The notes below the pieces were generated by a model. That model saw only the letters and a list, made by a program, of their open reading frames with translations, had not been told where the DNA came from and ran no database searches. DNA of 56,450 nucleotides, the filler included, from Sphacelaria rigidula (Eukaryota), in the NCBI GenBank assembly GCA_964200075.2. It is 7 parts of 7 records of this genome, joined end to end, with 100 filler letters (N's around TTAATTAATTAA, not from the genome) between each part and the next. Parts side by side here need not be neighbours in the genome. Positions count along the whole stretch, not along the records: positions 32,317 to 40,294 come from CAXNAA020012762.1; positions 40,395 to 48,372 come from CAXNAA020012763.1; positions 48,473 to 56,450 come from CAXNAA020012764.1; 4 more parts are not named here. One strand, given 5' to 3'. This document shows, one piece after another, positions 36,201 through 48,645 of this stretch; the first letter of the stretch is position 1, and each line of letters starts with the position of its first letter. Position numbers and translations under genes: made by a program.

Positions 36201-37689
36201 AACTAGATGCGTGTAGGGGGGGGATCTCTCACCTCGTCTAGCGGGAAGAGCTCCAGCTCAGCTCGGACTGGATTTTCGCACTTGTCCGTACCAAAGCCGA
36301 ACAGGCGATACACTGCCAAATTACGTGGGGCGCGGGAGTGGCAACCGATAACTTTGCCTGAAGCACCGAAAACAGCACACACTTCAGCTTCATGACCTCG
36401 CACACGCGTACTCATTGGGAACTAGCTACGTATCGGAGGAAGAATCGTGCTGTGTGATTATGTCGAGGACACATCCAACCAAGAATATGAGGCACATGAA
36501 CTTGACGTGGCGCACCAAGGAAGAGTGTTCAGTGACTTCAGAGTAAAAGGTAGCGCAACGCCCACTTGGAATCAGCTACGCGCGAGAGGAGCAATCGGGA
36601 GCTGTGAGCACGTGGATGGTTCACTCGCCCGTGAACATGGAATCACATGGGGGAAACGTGGCGTATCAATATGAAACGCCCTATGATAAGAGAGATGCAG
36701 CATTCTACGAGTGTTATGTCGACTCGAGTGTGAGTACGCGTCATCTTTGGGTACGGTTGGAAGAGGTGACCTGTGGATGACGTGCGGAAATGATGGACTC
36801 TCCGACTGTTGGAGGGGGGGGCGTACTTGTTTGTTGCTTGCCTTGGGCGTTTGGCCATTGACCCCACATCCGTTGCGAAACGAAGCAGGGAGGCGGGGAA
36901 AGGTACGGGTGTTGTTTGCCTCAACTCGGGGTGAGACTGCGGTATTCTGTCCTCAAGGAAGATGTCACCCACCAGCATTGTTGTACCAACACGTTACAGC
37001 ATGTTGCCCGGAAGGACCCCGTCTTCGGCGTTGCTGAGGATAAAGGGAGTGGGAGCTCTGCCGCTACTCAGCATGTATCATGATGAATGGGTGATTGTTG
37101 ACCTGCCTGTGCTACTTGAGATATTTTCCAGATCTTTCGCAGTCCCGGTGCTGTAACTTCAGTGCGTTGCGAGTACATAAGTGGCGTGTTGAACCGTTTC
37201 TCGTATGCTGAGGATCATGTGTCAGTCAGTTGCGGGGAGTACATAGGGGCCACTGGAAAGACGCAAGTCTCTTCCCACCAGCTCATCGGATATTTTTGGC
37301 GGCGCATTTGTATTGTGCAAAAAAAAAAAAAAAGTCGGTCGAAGTAGAAGTCGAGTTTGACACGGTCGATCGGTACATTCGGGACGCGATGAGGGGTTCA
37401 ACGCAAAGACTCTACATGTTTCGGGCAGTCATACCCGTTCTCCAACGGTGTGGATATGTGAATTCCATCAGAGGTAACGTCAACAATTCATTCAAGTTCT
37501 GCGAAGTGAGCAATGCCGACCTCGCCGGGACTAACCTTGACCTGCGACGGGATAGCTAGCGTGTTTTCCATTGCTGATGTACACACGGGGGTGCAAGCCG
37601 TTCTCCATGATATCCGCGATGTCTTCAGGGTCCCTAACCCAGAAGTGCTCGAACCCACTGTGGGGTCCGTAGAATACCCCCGTCACCGC
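33220..37689 (-). CDS. Vps62-like domain protein, 3' part; exons 37689-37536, 36312-36233, 34474-34324 and probable terminal exon 33263-33220
   Basis: All junctions are GT-AG and phase-consistent (1, 0, 1). Spliced product: AVTGVFYGPHSGFEHFWVRDPEDIADIMENGLHPRVYISNGKHASYPVAGQVYRLFGFGTDKCENPVRAELELFPLDEDIKVVDIIDGVFQGPAPRIARDWSVAPESRLSDIKHRRFLPPLAQVSRELGDIIAPILSYAPTS*. HPxVYxxxGxHASYP is the motif of Vps62-related proteins. The 5' exons were not found. Confidence 0.75.
33560..33790 (+). pseudogene. Highly degenerate hAT transposase C-terminal dimerisation-domain remnant (intronic)
   Basis: Frameshifted pieces LEFWR…QEIFPTHALRMYL…GNFSRVLHIVS resemble the hAT motif L.FW…FP…AR.YL…ER.FS. Confidence 0.35.
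35299..35503. mobile_element. hAT-like MITE with perfect 8-bp TSD (TATATATG), intronic
   Basis: Same TIRs as 26389-26592. TATATATG occurs at 35291-35298 and 35504-35511. 8-bp TSDs and CA…TG ends are typical of hAT elements. Confidence 0.9.
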
Positions 37690-39498
37690 CTTGTTTTCAG
37701 GAACAGGAGACACGGCGACACAGAATATGCAGTGCAAATGAGCACATGGCGGCACGAATGAAAAAAGGTTACTCGCTGGCTGTTGGTGTTCTCTATTGTG
37801 ACACGAGTGGGAATCCGGCATGCGGTATGGTTTCTTGGTTGGATAAGGTTGTCGTCAAAATATCGGCGTTTACGACGAACTGTCATATTCAACCAATGAC
37901 TTTGAGTTGTTTATTTAACGATGTTGTGTGGAGTTCAGGTGATAGAGCCCAGCAGGTCACATCCAACAGATGCTTTGATTTCTTAGTCTGCTGAGGCTGT
38001 CGTCGTCGGAATTGCGATCATACAACACGCCGTCCGGTTCAGATCTACGGATTACTTTTTTGGTTCACGAAGGTTGCGTGGAGTGGAAATGTCTGACAAA
38101 ACAGGAAAGTGTCCAACTCAAGAGATGCTTTGGTTGTTGAATCGCTCAGGTTGCGTGGCGCCGAAAGATCAGGCAACACCATCAAGGTGTTCGGAAGAGC
38201 GCAGAGGCAAAGCTGATTGAGAAAAGGGCTCCGTGGAGCTTGCGTCATCATGGCCCGTATGAATTCGCTGCAGTACGAAATAGCAGCCACTGCCTGGTGA
38301 ATCGCAAGATTGTCAGCGGCGTGACCGGAGAAGGACCGTGTGGTTGCGTCGGTGAAAGATTTGGCTTGCTGCACCGGAACGATTCATATCCAAATCAACA
38401 ATTGTTCCCAGGTAGGTGGCAATACGAGGTGATCGACTGTGAGTTGACTCCACAATCAGATCGCCTGTGAAGCGACAGATTTCGAACGGAGGCGATCAAT
38501 ACAAAATACGTGTCGCTAAATCTCGAGCGATTCGTACACATTCTAAACGTGATAGATTGAATGGGCCTTTGATGTAGTTGATGATACAAAGTTCATCATC
38601 GTCCACTCGTCAAGGTGAGTCCTCGAGCTGCAGTGGAATACCCTCCGTGAGCTACCAGGGAATCCATGATGGGATAATCATTACGAATGATCAATTCTGC
38701 GACGGAATGGCACCTCATACGTGGAGCCGTGGGATTTGAGAAATGCACTATTAATAAAAGGCTGCCCAGAACGCCCACGCTTCCAAACATCAAACTACAG
38801 CACTCCAGAAAAAATGGGTGGAAGGATGAGGCAGTGTGTGCTGCACGCGATGCTGGGGTTTGGGGGGGGATCCGAAATATTCAACGCTCCACATACGGGG
38901 TACAAAAGCTGCAAGTGTGAAACGATTCATCCGGTGCGTATTCTGTTGTGATTTCAGTGAGCTCGCTGGAATTAGAAAATGTAGGACGTGTGAGGAGTAA
39001 CTGGCAGTTTTGCTCCCCCCAAAAGTGTGAAAATATTGTATGGAGTAGGTGGGATCGTAGCCGGTACCGCATTACGGCACGAAGCACCTGGGGGGACAAC
39101 GAATACGACACGTCTCACTCCCAAAGCGAACGGAAAATCAAACACTAGAATGGAAACATTACACTCGGTACCACTTTTGGTGGAGCTCTAGATCATCGTC
39201 ATTGTATCCGATATCTGTTCAAATGAAGTGAACGCAAAATGCAATATATGCAACTCTCTCTGCAAGCATTTGAAGCGCGCGAGAAATTTTGTGGTAGCAA
39301 TATACGGAATTGACTCAAGGATAGCACCGTTACGTAGTGTGGAACACAGGCGGAAAATAACAAATAAACAATCCGCGATGGTTGTGTGTAGACACTCAAC
39401 ACTCAAATACAAGTTAACACTCGCAGAGGGCAAAATCGACAAAAAGTCCCACTCCGACGAACCGTCAACTGTAGTATAGTGAGGACCGATACCGCTTA

Positions 39499-39749
39499 GA
39501 CACTTTCTACGATAGCCCCCCCTCCCCAAGACCAGCCCAAAAGTGTCACGAAAAAATGGCCATACAGCGCCTGATGTTTGGGTTCAGGCTGCATGAAGCG
39601 CCTCATATTGGCAACATTAGCGAGAACGAACCCAAGCGTGGGAATTCCCAGCTGCTCGTTGTGCTCGGCTTCTTCCATTTTGATTTACGTGAAGATTTTG
39701 CCTCCCCAGAACCATGCACTTTTGAGGGGGGGCTATCGTCGAAAGTGTC
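39499..39749. mobile_element. MITE-like element with ~23-bp inverted ends
   Basis: gacactttctacgatagcccccc … ggggggctatcgtcgaaagtgtc. No clear TSD. Confidence 0.55.
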
Positions 39750-40294
39750 CCCTGTTCCTCAGCCAGGCATCGATCAACGAGGGAAGACTTTTACAGGCGG
39801 ATACAACACACATGGGGGGCCGAAGAAGTTTCTTCCCGTCAAAATCTGTGTATTCCAAGCTGCAAAGCGTTCCATGCGCATTGTTTTCTGATACGAACTG
39901 TATCTTGTCAATTTATGTTCCGTTGTTCGAGCACACTCTGATACCAATCTCGGAAACATTTCGTATTACTGTTCGATAGTTTCTTCGGATGTTTGACTGG
40001 ACCCCGAAGCGGCCACCTTCCCTCAGGTTTTCAGAATCGTTTCAATTTTGTGGATGCAGATCATAACAACCAAACTCTCTAGCTTTCACAGATCTTGCGA
40101 CTTCGATGCAGTTGGTTAGCGTGACCACGTCCTCCTGACATCGAAATAAAATCAACGATGAATAACACCCCCTAACTTCAAATTAGATCTATCTTGTATT
40201 GCCGCAGCACCGCCCTTCCTGGCATGTAACAGGGTTGCCAGAAAAATGAGAACGTATTTTAAAATGAGAATCCACCGCTCCCCGGGATTGTGTC

Positions 40295-40394
40295 NNNNNN
40301 NNNNNNNNNNNNNNNNNNNNNNNNNNNNNNNNNNNNNNTTAATTAATTAANNNNNNNNNNNNNNNNNNNNNNNNNNNNNNNNNNNNNNNNNNNN
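40295..40394. other. Artificial contig linker N44-TTAATTAATTAA-N44
   Basis: Same 100-bp structure. Confidence 0.98.
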
Positions 40395-42719
40395 TGCTCT
40401 GTGTTACTCTTTCGTATCTTCCCTGCAATGGAGGAATGGGACTTCAACCTCATATTAGGTTTCAACTCCAAAAATTAGGATCGGCTGTTAAATGAAATTT
40501 CAATGGTCCGTTGAACCTCACCCAGATGTTGAACCTCAAAAACGAGTCTAGGCTGTTTCGTGTCCAAATTTTTCAAGTGAAAGTGATCGCGATTGATAGG
40601 AGGACCTGACCTGGCGGTGGAAGGGTCTCATCATCTGATGGATCGCCATCACTTGCACTTGAAAAAATTGAACAAAACGAACCAGGATACCGGGAGCCGA
40701 GTTTGAGATACTTTTCATAAGTACGTTAAACGATCGATTCCTGTTGGGTTCTGTACTAATCGGCATATGCCAATGCCAGCAAAGTTTGGTAATGCTGTTC
40801 GACAGTATCTTTGTGGGTTTCGCCGGACCCGAAGCGGCCACTTTCCCTCAGATCACAGGAATCATTTCAATCATGTGGACCTAGTTTATAAAATAACTGA
40901 TTTGCTTCCATAGCAGTTCCTATTTTCGGCACTTTCATATTGTTACGGTGGGCGACGTCTGTGCAGAGGGCAGTCAGCAGAGTAGAGCAACGAAAGCTCC
41001 AGATTGCAGCATTGACGCACCCCTCTGCACCACGCTCAAACAAATAGGTCGGTAACTTAGGTGTCTTTTTTCACTCCGAATGTCAAGAAGGTCTCCACAA
41101 GTGTTTGATCTCTCTCTCTCACACACACCCCAACTGGCCTGTGGTGCGCTGTTGTGGTCGGACGCCTAGATGGTCACAGGTCGGGTGAAATCAACGATGA
41201 GTAACAGTCCCCAAGTTCAAATTGGATCTGTCCATATTGCCGCAGCACCGCCCTTGCTGGCATGTGTGTGACAGAGAACAGTAGTAGCGGTGACGGGAAC
41301 ATTGCCCTGTTTTTCAACGACATGTTTTTCAACGACATGTTTTTCGGCGCACAGAGGCGCGTCCTGTCCAAAAAAGGAGGCAGAGAGAAATCGATCTTCG
41401 CATTGGTGAGGTTCACAGGCAAGAAGAGACAAAATCTCACCGCAGCTCGATGCTCTGGCACATGGAAAGTTGGGTACATGCTGGTTACATCGATGATGCC
41501 AGTCTCTCGAGCGATTGGTAATCGCCGAGCGAGGACACACAAAGGACACGGACGAGGAGCTTCCTCTCTGTCGTTGCTTTTATCTCTGGTGATATCGTCA
41601 TCGACACACGTGTACACAGCACTCGTTGGGTGCACCTAGCCACAACTGATTCACTGCTGCAGAGTTTTGGGGGGAAAGGTGGCTTTGCTCCGTGTAACTG
41701 TTTCGCGTCATCCCTGCAAAAAAGATATGCCACTTGAAGCTCATCTTTGAGATCGACCCCATTTTGAAGGATCCGCTGTTAATTCAGCTTGAGGCCTCAG
41801 CTCGAAGTAGCTACGAGGTGGAGCGCACTTGAAAGCGCTGTACGAAGCTAGAAATAGCGGAGTGCGCCGTGAAGGTTTCTAACTGTCTCCTGGGGACGAG
41901 AAACAAGAAAAAAATGGTTTCCAATTCCAGGATTCCTCTTTTCATCACGAGTATTGAAGAGATCTCACCGAACTCTCAAAACAAAAGTCACCGCAGATGT
42001 GTGTTTACAAGTTTGTACGCCGCGCTACAAGACTACCGTTCGCAACATGTTTGGCGCTATAGTACAGCACATGAAACGCCGCCACACCAGTGGTGGTGAT
42101 ATGCGCCACATTCAGGTAGCTGCTTGATTTACCCCTGGCGCGGACGCTGCTCGCTTGGTGCATCGGGGCGTTTCGAACTAAAAGGGTGTCGCTGACAGTG
42201 TTGTGTACAGATCCCCGAGGTCTACGCGTCGCAAAAAAACGCAAGTCGCTGTATTTTCGACATGATCGTGTGGACTTCCTTTTCATGTCCTGTATATATC
42301 TAAAACAGTGTTAGAGCATAGAAAGGTCGTGCGATGACTTGCCACACGGCCGATGTAGCATGTGGTTGCACAGCAAGGCGTGCCGAGCACGTCGGACCAG
42401 CTCCATCTAAATGAACCACGTTTGTATATCGTTTGTATAGGGATGAAGAGACACCATAAATAATGACCATACATAGACGCTATTCAATTTTTTCAACTCC
42501 AATGTTATCCTGGTAGACTGTACAGTAGTAGATGACGATTCACGTCGCGACGAGCTAGGTGATTTGCGCGAAAGTAACTTGAAGTTGACCTCATAGACAT
42601 CTTGCCGACACTAGCAGTGTTGTCACTTCGAGAGAACTGTGGAAACCACGTTGTTTCTAGCACAATTACATTACAACTGTGAAAATCACGCACACGCGGC
42701 CATTTGGCTACCTCCAAAA

Positions 42720-42995
42720 TTCCTCCAGGTGGGTACACTTTTCGAGACTCCAGAGGAATTGAACGCCTACGGAGGGGTGCGCGGCCATCCAGAGGAGATT
42801 TCTTGGTTTTCTCCAGAGGGATTGAACGCCTCTGGAGGCTTATTCTTGCCTCTGGAGGGCCCCGCGTACCCCAAAACTCCTCCGGAGCGGTGCGCGGCCC
42901 TCCGGGTCGGTAGAGTTTGGTTTCCTCCAGAGGGATGGAAGCCCTCCGGAGGCTTGTTTCCCCCCTGGAGGGTCGCGCATCCCTCCGCAGGCATT
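42720..42995. repeat. Array of ~13 palindromic CTCCRGAG-like motifs with ~20-bp spacing
   Basis: Motifs at about 42723, 42749, 42768, 42787, 42811, 42830, 42850, 42880, 42900, 42924, 42944, 42963 and 42983, with a higher-order duplication of ~113 bp. Confidence 0.8.
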
Positions 42996-44670
42996 TTGGG
43001 GTGTAGCCAAGTGGCCGCGTGTGCGTTGTTTTTACCACAATTACAGGAAACGAGGTTTGAGGGGGTAAGGACTGAGTAGTTACGGAGAGACGCGTCTTCT
43101 CGCGATAAAGAGCCTGCAGAGAGCTTTCATTGTATTCAACTTAGGCCATAGAGGCGCCACCCACCTCCAGATAAAACATTAGAGTGCCGCAGAATTATCT
43201 TAATTCCTGTCACTGTAGAAGGATACGTGTATACAACCTATAATACGGAGGGCGAAGACCACAAGAACAAAACCTCTTTTGTCTCGTACAACGTCCGCGT
43301 GTCTTGCGCACAGCACTCTTGCTGCCCGCGACCGCCGGTAGCCGTGCCTACCCCTAGAACGAAACCGAATGAAATGCATTCCCCGTTGCGTGTAGCGTGC
43401 GGTTTGTACAAGCAACAATACTACGGACACACCAAACACAGGAGAAATGAGTACGAAAAACAGGACATAACCACCAGACGACTGAGACGCCCGCAAGTGA
43501 AGCGACTGGAATATCACGAGAGTCAAGCATGCATGCAAAATTATTCGATGACTTAACGGTCATATGAATCAACCAGCGGCTAGGCGATACAAGAGAAAAA
43601 CAAAACCGTCGCAGGAAGAACGAAGCGAGGGCTACGATGAACAAACATATTGTCGGCATTTCACAAAATCTATTCCTCACTCTCAGCCGTTATCATGAAC
43701 GGGGAAAATAATGCGTGGAAGATGGTTACCCCTTTGCCACGGATATCCTCTAGTTTAGTGGTGCCACAGGTAGTAGCAGACACTGTGACAGTTATTAGTA
43801 AGCACAAAGTATGGGCATAAGACGGGCACACATACGCCACCTACCATGTCAACAAAAAAACAGGGAATGCAAGAGAAGAACCAAGCCAAAGACACCAATC
43901 GATCGACCGGACCAAGCAGTCCCGGGACTAAGCTGCGCCCTCTTTTTTTCGTTAGTCCCCCTGGCTCCAAGGTACCATGTTGGTTTCACGGGCGCAGGGC
44001 GAAACCACAAACGAGACCAATCCAACGACCCGAGGTGGGGAAATAATCAGACAAACGAACAGGTACTGGATGAAAGCGTCTTGATGAGACCCAGCGAATC
44101 CAATCTAACAGGGACATTTCGTCAGTGCCGAGGAGGGCTGAAGATCCTATCGGCGCACACGCGAACGTGTAATAATCAAACGTGACGACAACTCCGATAC
44201 GAACTATCAACCAAAATACAGAACCCATGAAAAATACTCAGTGATTATGGTCACGATTCAAACTCCACAACGACAAACCTAACAACGAGAACGCTAGAGA
44301 CACAGACAGGCGGCACACACTCATTCTTCTACTGTAGCCTTAGCACTCTCTCCTGTCCCGCGCACGCCTCAGAAAAAGAAAAGACTAATGTCACCAATTG
44401 CCAGCCCTAAAGAACCTTGGAGAAGCGGTTCAACTTCGGTCATCCCCCGGCAAAAGCCTGTCGCGTGCTTGTGGTGACATTCCAACAGGAGCTGCATTGG
44501 CACAGGGAGAAAGCTTTGTTCGACAATATTTGGGTGAAAAGTCAGTGAGGAGTCAACATCTAAGTCAGTTTATACGACCAACGCCGGGAATATCCTTCAT
44601 GCCGAACGTTGAATGGCCCAGCGGCGAGCGGTTGCACCCTTTTTTCCTCGCCCGTAGTCATCAGCAATAC

Positions 44671-47600
44671 TCAGTAATCATCCTCCGGCAAGGGGCCGCA
44701 GTCGTCGGGGAACACGTTGGGGCAATCCTAATGGGACGAGTCGGCAGCAGCGGGAAGCGAGACGAGGTGCAGGCATTCGAAAGACCCAACCCTTGATGTG
44801 AGGCGGGTTCGCGACCACAAGACCACACGGCACAGTTGGCCTCACAGTACTTGAGACAAAGAAAGTCATGGTAACTGAGATGAGAAGAGTACACGTTTAA
44901 TGCGATCCTCCGTGTTGCACAGCTAGTTCCGCACGCTGCCAAGGAGAGCGAGAACAAAATACACGCACTGCTAAGCCTCGTGCGCAACGCGTTGCACGAC
45001 GGCACGTACTACCACAAAGGTGAGTTGCAGAGAAATTAGCAGAAGCGCGGTGAAACGAACTGAGTGCATCACTGACAGAATAGAAATGCTCCGACCCCAC
45101 GGAGAAGCATCTTGCACCAACAACTTTCAAGTCAATCGCATTGAAAGCGCTCGGTGAAAGCGGCAACAGCTTAGCCATTACTACGCTTTTTCGCTGTTGG
45201 GCGCTGCCATAGCGCCTCTGGTTTCAAGTTCATAAAGGTGACGGAAATCTCCGTTACAGCACGGCGAGTACTTCATTGATTTCGGCCTTCCACAAGATGG
45301 AGAAGTCTCGACGTACTCTCCAAACCCGCTTTAACACAGCGATAATGCTCTGCGTTCTGCTATCATGTTTCCAGCGTTACTATATGTGCATTTTGTTGTG
45401 GTGGAGCGAGCGCTGCTAGAGTAAAATGCTACACCGTGGATCGGAAAAATACGCTGCGAGTTGAGAGGCAAAAATCACGGTAGATTGCTGTCCACGAGGG
45501 GGGTGTGCTCACGTTGCATCGACAGCTCGGACAAGCAAAAGTAGCGCCTCGTGATGTGGCTTCTACTATGATACTATGGTCATCTAAAGGGATAGCTCGA
45601 TGAGCACATTTCGTACATCCAGTAGAAAGCGTCTCACATCGGCCTCGTTACCCTCAAACACAGTGTCAGACGGGTATGTCGTGGTAGTCACAGCGGGATC
45701 ATCGTCCTGTATGTCGTTGAAGATAGCAGCACCCTCCGGGAAGGCCGAGTTGTCGGTGAAGGTGGTGGACCCTTTAAGCCTGAAGGGGTCATGAAAAAGG
45801 CGGCAGCGACAACAAGTGATGGCAATGAATACTGGACAATCTCGCGCTCCACCAGTCCAACGACGAGGGGTAGCATTCATGACACTCGACCGTAGCCGTC
45901 ACATCCGTGACCTCGCATCCCTGCAATGCCGGGGCCGAGGGATACACCCGGTTTTCGGTCAAGCAGGCTGTTTTTCCGCAAGGGCACTGTATACAGATTC
46001 CAAGAGGATGAGCGGGGGGGGGAGCAACGCACCGACAGAGTTGCGCATGAAAAACGATGTTCGCCTCCTCAATTTCGGACTTCATGATGACACGAAATGC
46101 TATTGGGTAGGAGGGTTCTCTCCTAAGTTTCGGTTGTGCAGCGCGGAAGAAAAGGACTAGCATGTGGCAAACTATGTGAGAGGTAACCGGGTGCGCGAAA
46201 TTTTGCCCGTGTACAGGAAGCACCCCCTGCAGAAACAACAAATCCAGGAAGGTTAATGCATGCTCGATCACCTACTATCTTCAAAGTGAACGAACATCCT
46301 CCGCTCTTTTTCTCTTTGTGCCGGTCGTATGGAGGTCGCACAGTACAATTTCAACTTCAAGACAAACCCACCGCGGCCATCACTAACCAGGCATAAAAAA
46401 TAAACAAGTCGCGTCTTGCTGGACATTGTGGCACATGGCGCATATAGTGACTACAGTGCACGTCTTTCCTTTCCCCTTTGAGAGTGTTTTCGGTGCAATA
46501 TTCATGGAGTTGGAGAGCGCTTGATACGGAGAACTTCTGGTTCGGTCAAGCTTCCAACCACGGCTCACCCCCCGCCTGCAAAACATGCAGGATGCAACAC
46601 TAGAATATACTACTAGTTTGTCACCGGGTTGCGACGACACTTACGTGATCTGCCCCCCCCCCTCATTGAAGATAGCGCCGCCACGGGCGACCTCACAGTT
46701 GCAGTTGACTCGATTTCTATCGAAGAGGCCCCCATCGTTGAAATACATCACGCCTCCGACGTTTTGCACTGCGCCGCCGGAGAACTGCCGGAAAGGAGCG
46801 GGCGAAGAGGGAACGAGACCTGAGCGCAATTCGATGCGCTTTGCTCTTTGATTGGGTTTGGATGTGATGTGGGTTTCTTCACTTGGTTTTTTCGTCTTCC
46901 CCTTTGATTCGGATGGGTTCGATTCTGTGTACACACAAACCGTCTAGCCACAGCATCCCTGACGGAACGAGACGATGCCCGCGAATCAGCCGCCCGCGAG
47001 GAGCCAGATATCCCAAACACCCGAAGAAAAGCCGACGCAACATAGATGATTTTTGGGATACAGAGCGAAAACGGTATCCATCTGTTTCCACCGACCATGC
47101 CACAGAACGCATCCCCGACGTGGTTGAATGGTGTCTACTGTTGTTCGTGCGGCGATATTTACTTCAAACACTGCAGAAGTGAGCCTGGCTCGTCCGTGCT
47201 GCGCTTCTTTTACTTTCGACACTGCTTGTTTCAAAATCCTTCTTCACATCTGAGTGTTATAAAACTGCTCTTTACGTGCAATATACTCGAAGGTAACCCA
47301 AACAAGCTTGCTCAAAAACGCTCACGCTCGGAACCTTAGTAAAAAGACTACTGGTCACTGCCCAAGATAAATCGGATGCACTCTGTTGCCCTGTGTGCAC
47401 ACCTCCCAAAAATTACGTGCTCGTGTCCGTGTTTTCGTAACACCCTCAAGAGTATGCCACCGATTATGGCAACACCGTCAAACGCCAGTGCCCTTTCTTG
47501 TTTCAGGGTATTTTGATGCCTTGCATCGTCGACACAAACCGAATCGACTCTCCCACGCGGTTAGAACCCACAGATACATCCGCTGGGAAGTACCTTCAGG

Positions 47601-47957
47601 TTGGCCATGATTCAGCTTTTCAAGGCGTTCCAGGGAACTGAAAACGAAAAAGTGAAATCACACAAATTGACACTTCTAACAATGCCAAGCTTTGATCACG
47701 TTAGGACGGCTAAAAAAACGTGGTCGGAAAGAGGACCATTGAGCACCCCAAAAGTGTCATTAGAAACGGAAAAACCAACCCACGTCGACAAGGACCCGAG
47801 AATCGACCGTCGCTCTGGATAGGCGTAGGCTCGGCCCCCGCGTATACAACCAACGGATCGCCAACGGACTCACATCGTCGCCAGAATTTCTCGTGAAGTT
47901 GACCATGCCGTTGAACGTGGACGTCGCCACCCTGGTTTGGTAGATGCCTCCTCCAAA
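44671..47957 (-). CDS. Polymorphic outer-membrane-protein-repeat (GGA[IV]/FxxN) adhesin-like beta-helix protein, 3' part; exons 47957-47874, 46784-46645, 45779-45638, 44727-44671
   Basis: Canonical splice sites and consistent phases (0, 2, 0). Product: FGGGIYQTRVATSTFNGMVNFTRNSGDDFSGGAVQNVGGVMYFNDGGLFDRNRVNCNCEVARGGAIFNEGGGQITLKGSTTFTDNSAFPEGAAIFNDIQDDDPAVTTTTYPSDTVFEGNEADDCPNVFPDDCGPLPEDDY*. The 5' end runs off the contig. Confidence 0.85.
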
Positions 47958-48372
47958 CTGCGGAAACAATGAAAGGGGGATGGATAGCGGAAAGCTTCAC
48001 TGTGAGCATCAACCTGTGACTAAAATCAGCGATGAGCCGTCCGTGTGCGAAAAAGTGAGTACCATTGTCTCCATGCGTAGAGCGCGCGAGCTATACACTA
48101 GCGTGTCGACACTGCGAATACTTAGCGCTCGGAAGCTGAAAAAGCAAGAGAGCAACGGTATGATCACGAGAGATCGCGAATATATACCCCATTCCTCCAG
48201 ACACCCCGCCCCCGAGCCTGGTCTGGCGAAACCCGGCGTGCACCGTCTCGGCTTAGTAGGGATGCGAGACTAATGGTCATATGACTTCGACATGCAAAAT
48301 CATGAGTACACCCTCCCCCCCCCCGCGCCTCATATCTTACAAGGAGTTGCACAAGGATGTACGTTATCACCC

Positions 48373-48472
48373 NNNNNNNNNNNNNNNNNNNNNNNNNNNN
48401 NNNNNNNNNNNNNNNNTTAATTAATTAANNNNNNNNNNNNNNNNNNNNNNNNNNNNNNNNNNNNNNNNNNNN
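48373..48472. other. Artificial contig linker N44-TTAATTAATTAA-N44
   Basis: Same 100-bp structure. Confidence 0.98.
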
Positions 48473-48645
48473 AGAAAAAAGTTGACCGCTGGTCCAAGGG
48501 GTATTCACGCAACTTTTGCGCCATTCCACGTGTCTAGGCGATCGGAACGCTGAAAACGAAGCCTGGGGAGTGGTTCGTACGATTCGAATCAATTATACTA
48601 AAACCAAGTAATTTCCAGACGAATCATTGATTTGTCCGACCCTTG
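48473..48645 (-). mobile_element. End of a CAAGGG-ended element (same family as 32145-32216)
   Basis: atactaaaaccaagtaatttccagacgaatcattgatttgtccgacccttg is the reverse complement of the contig 4 end. Confidence 0.6.

Noticed and set aside
42720-42995. CTCCRGAG array as a mini-CRISPR
   Set aside because: The repeat is only 8 bp, spacers are ~12 bp and themselves duplicated.
7980-48472. TTAATTAATTAA recurring every ~8.08 kb as a biological periodic signal
   Set aside because: It is always embedded in N44 runs and has six-frame stops, so it is an assembly linker.
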